A model generated the notes under the pieces. That model saw only the letters and a program-made list of their open reading frames with translations. It was not told where the DNA came from and ran no database searches. Positions 31,550 through 39,380 of a DNA stretch of 39,380 nt are shown piece after piece (the stretch's first letter is position 1; each line of letters opens with the position of its first letter). Source of the stretch: a virus; the IMG/VR virus record IMGVR_UViG_3300045988_151958, positions 1-39,380 of that record. The stretch is one strand, 5' to 3'. A program made the translations under genes and the position numbers.

Positions 31550-33322
31550 TTAACGGTTTTGCAAAGAGACACACCACTGGTCAAACTGCTCAATTGTAAC
31601 CGCGTCGCCACCCAGTTTCCGCTTGAGCATGGCTACCACATTGGGCAACAGGTGGCCGTACTGGCAGCCCACGCCGGCGGCCGTGGCCGCCCGGGTCAGT
31701 GCTGCGGGTTCAACCGGGATGTTCAGCACCAGCCGCCGGACCATGCCGCGAAGCTGGGGTGTGCTGGTCACGGGCCACCACACGTCAGCCGTGGCTGGCT
31801 CAGTCTTCGGAATGCCGATCTTGGCGTAGTCGCCTGACGTGTCCAGCAGCACCGTGGTCGGCTTGGTGCCGTTGGCCATGATGGCGTCAACCATGGCCGA
31901 AGCTTGTCCCCACTGGATTCCCAGCCGGGCCGCCCATCGGTCGTTCATCAACAGGCTGATGCGGTCGGTCCAGGACACACGGCACCACTGCCGCCCTTCG
32001 CGATCCATGACGATTCGGGCCGCGCGTGTGGACGGCAGGATGCACGGTGCCTTGCCCTCCATCTTGCGGCCGGCGAAGACTGACATCGGCGGCTCGCCGT
32101 TGGCCACCACGTTCTCGCGCTTGGCCACCACGGGAAATTCGTAGCCACACACAGGGCATTGCCGCTGGCTGGCGCTGCACTCGTGCTCGCAGACGGGGCA
32201 ATGCTTCTTGACTGCCTCGCCGGCGCCCCTTTCCTTCGGCCTCGGGATGATCGGATTGTCGATCGGGCCGCAGCGCTCCGTGTTGCCGGTGAAGTCCAGT
32301 ACCAGACCGTCAACCTTGTCCGGGTGCACGCGAGTCAGGCGGCCAAGCATCTGCACCCACAGGGCCGAGGCCAGTGTGGGGCGGAAGCATACCAGGACGT
32401 CAATGTCCGGCACGTCAAAACCCGTGGTCAGGGCTGAGACGCTGACCATCCAGCGGAAGGCGTTCTTGTTCCGGAAGGCGTCGATGAGCCCCTTCCGCTC
32501 GCCCTTCGGGGTCTTGCCCGTGATGATCTCGGCTGTCTCGCCCATACTTCGCAGCATGCCGACGATCATCTCTGCCGTGTGGACGGTCGGGGTGAAGACA
32601 ATGCCCTTGCGGCGACCCATGGAGGCCTGCAGCATCTCCGGGATCAGGGACGGGAGCAGTGGCTCGATCTTGTGGGCAAATGACTCCTCGCTGTAGTCCC
32701 CGTTCGAGGCAATGGTGACGCCGCCCATGCTGACCACGGAGGTGGGGCCTGGCACGAGCTGGGACAGGTAGCCGTTGGACAGCAGCCGCGCAAACGCCTC
32801 GGGCGTGCCTGCCGAGTAGATTTCATCCTCGAACACACCGCGTCCGATCAGTGGGCCATCCATTCGCCAGGGTGTGGCAGACAGGCCGATCAACTGGCAC
32901 TCCGGGTTCACCTTCCGGATGCTGGCCAGAAGCTTGCCGTACATGGTGTCAGGCCTCTCGGACACCAGGTGGCACTCGTCGATGATCACCAGGTCAAACC
33001 GGCCCATGGCTTCGGCGTGACGAAAGGCCGTCCCCACGGAGCAGACAACGACGCGGGCGTCCCAGTCCTTCTTTCCAACCGAGGCGGACACGATGCCGAC
33101 GTGCTCGGACACTTCCCGGGCGATAGCTTGGCCGTTCTGACGCACCAGGTCGCCGCTGTGGATGGCATTCAGGACGCGGCCGCCCTGCTGCAGGACGTGG
33201 GCGGCGATTCTGGCGATGACGACACTCTTGCCCGCCCCGGTGGGCAGGTTGATGACCCCTGCCCTGCCCGTGTAGGCAATAGCCGCGTCCACGGCCTCCT
33301 GTTGGTACCAGCGTAGTTCCAT
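31550..33322 (-). CDS. SF2 DEAD/DEAH-box DNA helicase with a zinc ribbon and C-terminal extension
   Basis: 590 aa from the ATG at 33322 (AAGGAG RBS). LRWYQ, PTGAGKS, IIDECH, SATP, TTGFD and QMLGRLTR motifs, plus CPVCEHEC...CPVCG. Confidence 0.85.
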   Translation of the reverse strand: MELRWYQQEAVDAAIAYTGRAGVINLPTGAGKSVVIARIAAHVLQQGGRVLNAIHSGDLVRQNGQAIAREVSEHVGIVSASVGKKDWDARVVVCSVGTAFRHAEAMGRFDLVIIDECHLVSERPDTMYGKLLASIRKVNPECQLIGLSATPWRMDGPLIGRGVFEDEIYSAGTPEAFARLLSNGYLSQLVPGPTSVVSMGGVTIASNGDYSEESFAHKIEPLLPSLIPEMLQASMGRRKGIVFTPTVHTAEMIVGMLRSMGETAEIITGKTPKGERKGLIDAFRNKNAFRWMVSVSALTTGFDVPDIDVLVCFRPTLASALWVQMLGRLTRVHPDKVDGLVLDFTGNTERCGPIDNPIIPRPKERGAGEAVKKHCPVCEHECSASQRQCPVCGYEFPVVAKRENVVANGEPPMSVFAGRKMEGKAPCILPSTRAARIVMDREGRQWCRVSWTDRISLLMNDRWAARLGIQWGQASAMVDAIMANGTKPTTVLLDTSGDYAKIGIPKTEPATADVWWPVTSTPQLRGMVRRLVLNIPVEPAALTRAATAAGVGCQYGHLLPNVVAMLKRKLGGDAVTIEQFDQWCVSLQNR

Positions 33323-33335
33323 ATCTCGGGGCTCC

Positions 33336-34193
33336 TTACTTGATCGGAGCGTAATTGTCGCACAGGGTGTCACCCTTGCTAATGCCGCATGTCACCACGC
33401 CGTTGCCGTTGAACGACGCGTGCACACATGTCCGGCAGGAAGCGATGGGGGCAGCCTCGCCATGGCAGAACCCCTTGTGGTCGCAGAACTTACAGCGGAA
33501 GTCCGTATCTACCAGCTTCGGCGGGGTCAGGCCGTGGGTGACGTCCGTGGCCAGGTTCAGGAACTCGGTCGGCTCACCGTCGTAGTCCACGAGATAGACC
33601 TGGATGGCGTCCGTGTCCTTGCATGAGGCCAGGTACATAGCCCGCCTGAGGCCGAGACCGTGCATGCCACACTGCATCTGTGCGAGGTGCTCCGGTTTGA
33701 TCTGCCCATCCTTCTCCAGCTTCTCCCAGTTCTTCCGGTTCATGGTCTTGAACTCCAGTACGGCCAGGCTGCTGTCCTGCAGGCGGATGACGCCATCCAC
33801 AGAGCCCTGTAGGTCTCCGGTTTTGTAGCTGATCTGGCCGCCGTCCTTGGAGATGAGCTTCAGCTGGAAGCCAGCCACCTGCAGACAGGCCGCCAGCCGG
33901 GCCTCCTCCATGTGTCCCCGGTTGAAGAGTCGGACCATCCGACCGTCCACGGCCGCATCAGGCGAGGCCTTCCGGTAGGAGAGAGCCACAGCCCGTGGAC
34001 ACTCCTTGCCGATCACGCTGGCCCCCAGGTGTGTCCGCTCCTTGTTGGATTCTTCCTTCCAGTCGGTGCAGCGATCCAGCCACGCAGCCTGTACTCGCCT
34101 CCAGGCGGCAGGGTCTGCGGCTACGGCTTCGTCGATCCGCTTCTCGATGTCCTTGCAGCGGACAGGTAGGGGTTTCAGGAAATTGTCAAACAT
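33336..34193 (-). CDS. PD-(D/E)XK nuclease, Cas4/RecB-like, with a C-terminal Cys cluster
   Basis: 285 aa from the ATG at 34193 (the track start is TTG at 34244). DGVI...LEFKT core, with CKFCDHKGFC and C..C at the C-terminus. Confidence 0.6.
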   Translation of the reverse strand: MFDNFLKPLPVRCKDIEKRIDEAVAADPAAWRRVQAAWLDRCTDWKEESNKERTHLGASVIGKECPRAVALSYRKASPDAAVDGRMVRLFNRGHMEEARLAACLQVAGFQLKLISKDGGQISYKTGDLQGSVDGVIRLQDSSLAVLEFKTMNRKNWEKLEKDGQIKPEHLAQMQCGMHGLGLRRAMYLASCKDTDAIQVYLVDYDGEPTEFLNLATDVTHGLTPPKLVDTDFRCKFCDHKGFCHGEAAPIASCRTCVHASFNGNGVVTCGISKGDTLCDNYAPIK

Positions 34194-34240
34194 GTCGGTC
34201 GCCTTGAAATGGAAAGCCCCGGCGAGCCGAGGCAGGTGTG

Positions 34241-34465
34241 TCAAGCCTTCTTCAGGAACTCAGCCACGTGGATCAGGGCCGCTGGTTTCGTGTACCAGTA
34301 GTCCACGCCGACCGTTGCCTTGTGTCGGAGAACCGTCGGGAAGCCACCCTCCGGCGTCTCGTAGACAGCGAAGTAGCCGTCCGTGGTCTTGCCCTCCACG
34401 ATCAGCCGGGATCGGGACCTGATCTTGGCCGCCTCGATGGCGGCCAGAGCGTCATCATTGAACAT
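34241..34465 (-). CDS. hypothetical protein
   Basis: 74 aa from the ATG at 34465, after the SSB stop. Confidence 0.45.
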   Translation of the reverse strand: MFNDDALAAIEAAKIRSRSRLIVEGKTTDGYFAVYETPEGGFPTVLRHKATVGVDYWYTKPAALIHVAEFLKKA

Positions 34466-34481
34466 CTGGGCGCCCCCCTGA

Positions 34482-35018
34482 TCAGAACGGGATGTCGTCG
34501 TCATCCATGTCATTCGCGTCCGGCTGCGGCTGCGGCGCGGGCTTGGCAGCAGGTTTGGCAGCAGGAGCCGGGCGACTCACCGGGGCGGCTTGCCGGGCAC
34601 CGGATGCCACGCCAATCGGACGGAAGACAGGACGCTCGATGTCGTAATTGCCCTTCTCGATCTTGACCCATGCTTTCACGCGAAGCCCGATCAGAGCCGA
34701 CGGGTTTGCGGCCTTGGCACCGGAGTATTTCAGGATCATGGCCAGGTTTTGCTGGGCGATTTTGGCGGCTTTGCTGACGCCGCCGCCGTGGCCGACCAGC
34801 AGGTCCCAGAAGCCGGATTCGCCGCTGTCAGCCAGCACGCGAAGGGTCAGCTTGGGGGCGCCGGCCTTTGTCTGCCTCATCTCGGCGGCCTTGATCGTCA
34901 GATCGTACTCGCCGGGCTCCTCGAAGTTCTTGAAACAGCCGCCATGCGACTCATTCTCGACGGCGGCTTCGTTTTGAAATTCGGTGCTGTTGACAACGGA
35001 CCAGAAATCGAACGTCAT
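34482..35018 (-). CDS. ssb: single-stranded DNA-binding protein (non-canonical N-terminal domain, canonical acidic tip)
   Basis: 178 aa from the ATG at 35018 (AAGGAG RBS). A Pro/Ala/Lys linker and a C-terminal DMDDDDIPF, identical in type to the bacterial SSB tip. Confidence 0.7.
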   Translation of the reverse strand: MTFDFWSVVNSTEFQNEAAVENESHGGCFKNFEEPGEYDLTIKAAEMRQTKAGAPKLTLRVLADSGESGFWDLLVGHGGGVSKAAKIAQQNLAMILKYSGAKAANPSALIGLRVKAWVKIEKGNYDIERPVFRPIGVASGARQAAPVSRPAPAAKPAAKPAPQPQPDANDMDDDDIPF

Positions 35019-35088
35019 GGTAATGCTCCTTGAGATTTGGGGTATCGGCCTGGTATGATTGGCAACTAACCCCGGGTTGATGCTGAGT

Positions 35089-35117
35089 ATTCTGAGCCTG
35101 TACTGCTTTGGTGTCAA
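35089..35117 (-). promoter_or_regulatory. candidate promoter, TTGACA-17-CAGAAT
   Basis: Exact 17-nt spacer. Preceded by the GCCGTTCG...CGAACGGC hairpin and the junction motif. Confidence 0.5.
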
Positions 35118-35132
35118 GCGCCGTTCGTCGGT

Positions 35133-35264
35133 TCAGCGAACGGCCTTCAGGATTGCGTGGAAGAACTCCTTGGCGTCGTTCAGGGCGCCAAACTCGCCCA
35201 TGCCGAAGCAAATCACGGCAACGATGATCGCTACTGCCAGGATACCACCGGAACCTTGATTCAT
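35133..35264 (-). CDS. 43-aa membrane protein (below the ORF-track cutoff)
   Basis: MNQGSGGILAVAIIVAVICFGMGEFGALNDAKEFFHAILKAVR, with an AAGGAG RBS 8 nt upstream and its own promoter. Confidence 0.5.
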   Translation of the reverse strand: MNQGSGGILAVAIIVAVICFGMGEFGALNDAKEFFHAILKAVR

Positions 35265-35324
35265 GATTGCAACTCCTTGATTCGCTTGAGGTTTTAGACC
35301 GCGACCGTCGCTGCCATGGTTGAA

Positions 35325-35353
35325 ACTATACGCCGGTCACTCCTGGTTATCAA
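35325..35353 (-). promoter_or_regulatory. sigma70-type promoter, TTGATA-17-TATAGT
   Basis: Exact 17-nt spacer. It overlaps the stop codon of the lipoprotein gene. Confidence 0.5.
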
Positions 35354-36029
35354 GACCGTTTGTCAGGCCGAAGGGCAGATCAGTGGTCAGCGAGTACTGC
35401 CGGAACATGAAGCCGCAGTAGCCCTTCTCCAGGCACTGACGGGGCGTGCCCTCCGTGCCGGATGTGCCGTTGACCAGTGCCCAGTAGCCGTAGGCCTGGC
35501 CGGTGCACATGGCTTTGGCATCGGCGGCCTTCCAGTCGGCGTAGGAGCGGAAGGATTTGACCGTTTCGGCGTGGCAGCGATCGGCGTCCTTCTTGACCCA
35601 GGCGTCCACACCTTCGCCCATCTCAGCGGCCAACTCGGCTTTCAGGGATTCGCCAACCATCTGGTACTCAACGATGGCGCGAGCAACGCCCATGTTCAGG
35701 TACTTCAGGTCACGATCCAAGACCGGTTCTTCTTCGGCTTTCGGCGCCGTGAAGGGCAGCGGCTCAGTGTCGGCCACGGGGTCATTGAAACTGTGCGAGG
35801 CAGCCGGGTCGATCTTCGGAGCTTCGGGTTCCGGCAGAGGCTCGGGCTTCACTTCCGGGGCCTGCTCGACTGCGGCAGGCAGCGTGGTCGGGGGCAGGTC
35901 CGTGGAAGCGGGTTGCTGGGCTTCCGGGGTGGCTTGCTGAGCGACCTGGACTGGGGCTTGCGATTCGCCGGCGGAGCCACAGGCGGCCAGGATGGAGGTC
36001 AAGGCGAGGGCGAGGATGGTGCGTTTCAT
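35337..36029 (-). CDS. lipoprotein, unknown function
   Basis: 230 aa. MKRTILALALTSILAACGS has a signal peptide plus a lipobox (LAAC), followed by a Pro/Glu/Ala-rich linker and a Cys-containing globular C-terminus. Confidence 0.7.
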   Translation of the reverse strand: MKRTILALALTSILAACGSAGESQAPVQVAQQATPEAQQPASTDLPPTTLPAAVEQAPEVKPEPLPEPEAPKIDPAASHSFNDPVADTEPLPFTAPKAEEEPVLDRDLKYLNMGVARAIVEYQMVGESLKAELAAEMGEGVDAWVKKDADRCHAETVKSFRSYADWKAADAKAMCTGQAYGYWALVNGTSGTEGTPRQCLEKGYCGFMFRQYSLTTDLPFGLTNGLDNQE

Positions 36030-36075
36030 GATTGTTTCCTTGAGGTTGCTGGCTGTCGTTCAGCCCATGGACAGA

Positions 36076-36104
36076 ACTATACGCCTGCCCATGGTGTGGG
36101 TCAA
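36076..36104 (-). promoter_or_regulatory. sigma70-type promoter, TTGACC-17-TATAGT
   Basis: The reverse complement has an exact 17-nt spacer. It is intergenic, upstream of the lipoprotein gene. Confidence 0.65.
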
Positions 36105-36114
36105 ATGCCGTTCG

Positions 36115-36798
36115 TCACTCCGACGGACGGTTGATGCGCTCGATGATCTTGCAGATGTTGGCCGGGCACAGTTCGGGAAGCTTGCCGCTGCGGTCCTTGG
36201 CCGTGAACGTGCCGTCCGGAACGAAGCGGAGGGTCCGGCGATGCGAGACCGTGCCGTCTTCCTTCTGAACCGTGTCAACCACAAGGCGGCCCACCAGGTC
36301 GAGCAGGTACGGCAGCTTGTCGCTGAACTTCTGCCCCGGTACCAGTGGTGCGTAAGACTTGCGGCCAGCGTCATCGGTCACAGTGGTCTGCTTGGCAATC
36401 CAGATGACGGAGCACGGCAGCTCACGGAGCTGGCGAATCAGGCGTGTGACCGCCGATTCCATCTCGGGGTAGACTTTCCGCGGATCAGGGGTCTTCTGCA
36501 TCAGGTCGGCCAGCACGATCTCGGCAATCTCGGACAATGAGTCGAAGATGATCGTGCCGTACTCGGCAGCGTGCTGCGTGGCGTACTTGACCGCCTCGCG
36601 GGCCGTCTTGATGTCCGTGACCTCGATGTAGGGGACGTCAGCCCCTTGCAGGGACATCAGGCCGCCTTCAGCACTGATTACCAACGGGCGGTCACAGGTC
36701 AGCGCCAGACGGGTCTTGCCTGCACCGGATTCGCCGTAGATCAGGGCGTTGATCTTGCCGGAGTCGTATAGGGTGTTGGTATTCTTGATCATGGTCAT
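36115..36798 (-). CDS. AAA_24 / Sak4-like RecA-fold ATPase
   Basis: 227 aa with Walker A ALIYGESGAGKT. Typical size and position next to the SSB and nuclease genes. Confidence 0.7.
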   Translation of the reverse strand: MTMIKNTNTLYDSGKINALIYGESGAGKTRLALTCDRPLVISAEGGLMSLQGADVPYIEVTDIKTAREAVKYATQHAAEYGTIIFDSLSEIAEIVLADLMQKTPDPRKVYPEMESAVTRLIRQLRELPCSVIWIAKQTTVTDDAGRKSYAPLVPGQKFSDKLPYLLDLVGRLVVDTVQKEDGTVSHRRTLRFVPDGTFTAKDRSGKLPELCPANICKIIERINRPSE

Positions 36799-37139
36799 GC
36801 CTCATAGAACTTGATTGCGGCCGGAGCCGGCTTCGTGGTGATGAACTGCTTCTGAGCCTTTGTCGGCTCGTACCTGGCGGGAACGCTGTACGTAGTCGAC
36901 AGCCCGTCCAGAAGCGACGGGTCCTGCAATGATGCCTCGCGAAGGGCCTTGTTGTCAACGCTGACCCGTGTGACGGCCTTGATCGTGACACGCTGGCCAT
37001 CGACCTCATCGTCAAACTGATCGGCGTGCTGGCCCAGCCAGTCACGGATTCGGTCGGCCTTGGCTTGCAGTTCCTTGATCTCGGCCAGTAGGTCGCGATA
37101 GGCACGGACGCCCCGTGTGATGGTTTTCTTGTTGCTCAT
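36795..37139 (-). CDS. hypothetical coiled-coil protein
   Basis: 114 aa from the ATG at 37139 (GGAGG RBS). ATGA overlap with the downstream ATPase gene. Confidence 0.5.
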   Translation of the reverse strand: MSNKKTITRGVRAYRDLLAEIKELQAKADRIRDWLGQHADQFDDEVDGQRVTIKAVTRVSVDNKALREASLQDPSLLDGLSTTYSVPARYEPTKAQKQFITTKPAPAAIKFYEA

Positions 37140-37618
37140 TTTGCGCCTCCGACCGATGAATTCAGAACAGCAAGGCCGTGGATGTAGGCCAGGCAAGCTT
37201 GCTGCTCGACGGTATCGGTCTCAAAGTAGTAGTACCACTCGTTGCTGGCACGCTGGAGTCGGTAGTTGCCGCGGTAGCGCTCGATGGGTGTGGACGGCGG
37301 CCGCTTCTCCAGCTCCTCATCCTCGAACGGCAGGACGTGGCCGGTGGTGTTGACGATGCGGCCGTCCTTCATGCCGCACACGGGGCTCAGGGAGCGGAAG
37401 ACCTCGAGGTCGTCCTCGGTCTCCATAGCGCCTTCCAGACTCAGGATGCCGATCTTGCCGGCGATGCTGGGCGCCGAGGCGACGATGTAGGCTTGTGAGC
37501 CAAGGCGGCGAATGGAATGCGCCGTCTCGTAGGCGTGCGGCAGCAGGATGAGGGTCTCAGCCTTGCGGGAACGTGCCACCTGGATCAGGTTGGCGGGGCT
37601 TGCGATGATCTTGGCCAT
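37136..37618 (-). CDS. hypothetical protein
   Basis: 160 aa from the ATG at 37618 (AGGAG RBS). Confidence 0.55.
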   Translation of the reverse strand: MAKIIASPANLIQVARSRKAETLILLPHAYETAHSIRRLGSQAYIVASAPSIAGKIGILSLEGAMETEDDLEVFRSLSPVCGMKDGRIVNTTGHVLPFEDEELEKRPPSTPIERYRGNYRLQRASNEWYYYFETDTVEQQACLAYIHGLAVLNSSVGGAK

Positions 37619-37664
37619 GATTGACTCCTGGGTAGCGATGGCTTGTGGTTGAATCAGTGTCGTC

Positions 37665-37693
37665 AGTATTGGGCAGGGCCGCTTGTCTGTCAA
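37665..37693 (-). promoter_or_regulatory. candidate promoter, TTGACA-17-AATACT
   Basis: Located in the intergenic gap 37619-37711, preceded by a CCGACGGGCGG-type motif. Confidence 0.4.
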
Positions 37694-37711
37694 GCCCTGA
37701 CCGACGGGCGG

Positions 37712-38065
37712 TCACAGTGGTAGCGGGATGTTTCGGGCCAGCAGCTGACGCTCCGAACGAAATTCCATCAGGGCAGCCACGGGCGCCGGGTCCACCTGGT
37801 AGGTGACGCCGTCAAAGACGATCAGGATCGGCTTGTGGTTGCCGCCTTCCTGCTTCGGCGTGTAGTAGATAGCCCGGACGGTATCGCGATGCACGCCGCG
37901 GAACCGGCTCAGATCGTAGGCGGCGCCGCAGTGGCTGATCCAGACACGGCCAAAGCTGCGTTTGATGTTGGCCTCGGACCGCCAGTCCGCCAGCGTGCCG
38001 GACACCTCGGCGCGGGCCGCCATGGGCAGCTGATCGTAGGACTCGACGCGATTCCAGATTTTCAT
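37712..38065 (-). CDS. hypothetical protein
   Basis: 117 aa, overlapping the upstream stop. Confidence 0.55.
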   Translation of the reverse strand: MKIWNRVESYDQLPMAARAEVSGTLADWRSEANIKRSFGRVWISHCGAAYDLSRFRGVHRDTVRAIYYTPKQEGGNHKPILIVFDGVTYQVDPAPVAALMEFRSERQLLARNIPLPL

Positions 38066-38232
38066 TTCTTGAACTCAGTGATGACTTGATTGACCGCCAG
38101 GATGCTGCCGTCAGTTGCCTCCAGGGCTTGCTTGAGCTTCACAGCCGTCTGCGCATCCGTGCAGGACAGAATACGGGTTTGGCCGTTGATCGTGACCTTC
38201 AGGTCAGAGGCCGATGCGTAGCTGATTTTCAT
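38062..38232 (-). CDS. hypothetical small protein
   Basis: 56 aa from the ATG at 38232 (AGGAG RBS). Confidence 0.45.
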   Translation of the reverse strand: MKISYASASDLKVTINGQTRILSCTDAQTAVKLKQALEATDGSILAVNQVITEFKK

Positions 38233-38236
38233 TCGC

Positions 38237-38338
38237 TTACTCCTGATCGTCGTTGTCAACACTGGCAGCCAGAATCAGGGCAATGGCCAACAGGCCGGCG
38301 TAGCAGATGAGGAGGATGGCGGAAAGGATGGCGCTCAT
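38237..38338 (-). CDS. 33-aa membrane protein (below the ORF-track cutoff)
   Basis: MSAILSAILLICYAGLLAIALILAASVDNDDQE, with an AAGGA RBS. Confidence 0.45.
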   Translation of the reverse strand: MSAILSAILLICYAGLLAIALILAASVDNDDQE

Positions 38339-38400
38339 GACCGTTTCCTTGAAAGGATGGCCGGCATTCATCGGCTGCCGGCCCGGGCCGCTGACAGGTA

Positions 38401-38823
38401 TCAGCGCTGTCGATGGAGAGCATTCTGTCGCAGTTCCGCCAGGAAGTCAACCATGGGCTGCTCCCACACGCTGTTCGGATCGGTCTTGTCGGTCCAGCGG
38501 TTGACAACGATCGACTGGCGGTCGGCCTTGTAGATCAGAACGGGCTCATGCGGACCCGCTGCCTGAGCCAGAGCCTGTGCTCGCCACTTGGCCAGCAGGG
38601 CGGGTTGGACCTTGCTGTATCGCTTGCACTCGATGGCGTAGCCGGCCACGGCCGGGCCCTCCAGGTCGCCCGGGAGGCCGCCCTTCCGGTACTGCTCGAT
38701 CAGCCGTTTGCACTCAAGGCCGGTTGCGGCCTTGATTTCGTTGGCGATTTGCCGCTCAAAAGCGGCACCCTTGTTGCGGCCGTTCACGGCCTTCTTCTTG
38801 GTTTCCTTCGTTGCCTCCATCAC
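38401..38823 (-). CDS. PD-(D/E)XK-type endonuclease, Holliday-junction-resolvase-like (putative)
   Basis: 140 aa with an AAGGAGG RBS. NKGAAFERQIANEI ... GDLEG ... IECK is arranged like a D...ExK nuclease core. Confidence 0.45.
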   Translation of the reverse strand: MMEATKETKKKAVNGRNKGAAFERQIANEIKAATGLECKRLIEQYRKGGLPGDLEGPAVAGYAIECKRYSKVQPALLAKWRAQALAQAAGPHEPVLIYKADRQSIVVNRWTDKTDPNSVWEQPMVDFLAELRQNALHRQR

Positions 38824-38830
38824 GTCCTCC

Positions 38831-39380
38831 TTAGACGCTGTACATGCTGGGGTTGTAGGGGGTCATCAGCAGGTAGGCGAGGCCGCCGCCTTGCTTGCCG
38901 ATCTTGATCTTGCGGATCACGCCAAAGTCCCGCTCCATCACGGCCAGCACGCGGCTGATCATCAGACGGTCATCCTGGCCGGCCTTCTTGATGATGCGGC
39001 TCAGCTTCGGGTTGCGGGCCACGATGGTCTGAATCAGCGAGGCGGGCAGCATGTTCTCGGTCGGCAGGTCCTGTGGCTGCAGGCCGTGCAGCAGCTCGCT
39101 ACGAGGGTTCGTAGTGACATCGGTCATGCAGCGGTGCAGGGTCTCGCTGACGAGCGTGCTGGTCGACTTGTCGGCCTCGGCGATGTCCTGGCGCATCAGC
39201 TCCAGGTGCTTGGCCACGAACTGGATAGCCCAGGCTGCGATGTCCTCGGTTATCTGTGGTGCCATCGTGTTGTTGATGATCGCCACAGCCGTGGCCAGGC
39301 GCTCCACACGGGCGTGCACACGGGCAGCGGCGTCAGCCAGCGTCTGCTTACCGGACCGCCTCCATGCAACCGCCTGACGG
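38831..39380 (-). CDS. C-terminal part of the same prim-pol/helicase gene (total about 871 aa after removing the 55-nt overlap)
   Basis: The track ORF 38831..39319 begins at an internal GTG. Reading ...KQTLADAAARVHARVERLATAV is continuous across the junction and the frame is preserved (2121 is divisible by 3; 39325 and 39319 are in phase). Confidence 0.75.
   Translation of the reverse strand, partial: RQAVAWRRSGKQTLADAAARVHARVERLATAVAIINNTMAPQITEDIAAWAIQFVAKHLELMRQDIAEADKSTSTLVSETLHRCMTDVTTNPRSELLHGLQPQDLPTENMLPASLIQTIVARNPKLSRIIKKAGQDDRLMISRVLAVMERDFGVIRKIKIGKQGGGLAYLLMTPYNPSMYSV
39326..39380. repeat. second copy of the 55-nt terminal overlap
   Basis: Exact match to bases 1-55. Confidence 0.95.

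Noticed and set aside
1-39380. Lysogeny module (integrase, CI/Cro-type repressor, attP) or mobile elements
   Set aside because: I recognised no tyrosine or serine recombinase motifs, no HTH repressor and no transposase in any frame. Absence cannot be proven without HMM searches of the small hypothetical proteins.

Overview
The window is a complete, circularly closed genome of about 39.3 kb from a GC-rich tailed phage with a contractile tail. Bases 1-55 are identical to bases 39326-39380, so the unique length is 39,325 bp.

There are two divergent arms. The rightward arm (3367-21376, + strand) runs terS, terL, portal, head-morphogenesis protein, scaffold/protease-like protein, decoration-like protein and major capsid. 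It continues with connectors, sheath, tube, chaperone, tape measure, baseplate, tail fibres and a lysis cassette. The leftward arm starts at a promoter near 2900, wraps across the window end and runs down to 21420 on the - strand. It carries replication, recombination and nucleotide-metabolism genes plus many small unknowns.

An 871-aa prim-pol/helicase gene is split by the window edge and is missing from the ORF track. The long + strand ORFs at 70-2112 are its antisense shadows. I saw no integrase, repressor, DNA polymerase, tRNA or CRISPR array.

The most interesting non-coding signals are:
- A roughly 745-nt, ORF-free, hairpin-dense transcribed leader or ncRNA candidate between a consensus promoter and the primase ATG (2122-2868).
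- An origin-like region (25470-25842) with two phased perfect DnaA boxes, an AT-rich tract and three copies of a 21-25-nt iteron.
- A roughly 48-nt AT-rich block present in both AT-rich control regions.
- A family of near-consensus leftward promoters with exact 17-bp spacers, a shared initial transcribed sequence, and a recurrent CCGACGAACGG junction motif.

Coding oddities:
- A parallel beta-helix protein sits inside the replication module.
- An AT-richer island carries an unknown gene, an orphan NrdH and a C5-methyltransferase.
- Several exported proteins and lipoproteins are present.
- Three micro-ORFs below the ORF-track cutoff encode small membrane proteins.

All family assignments come from motif recognition by eye. 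No searches or computations were run.
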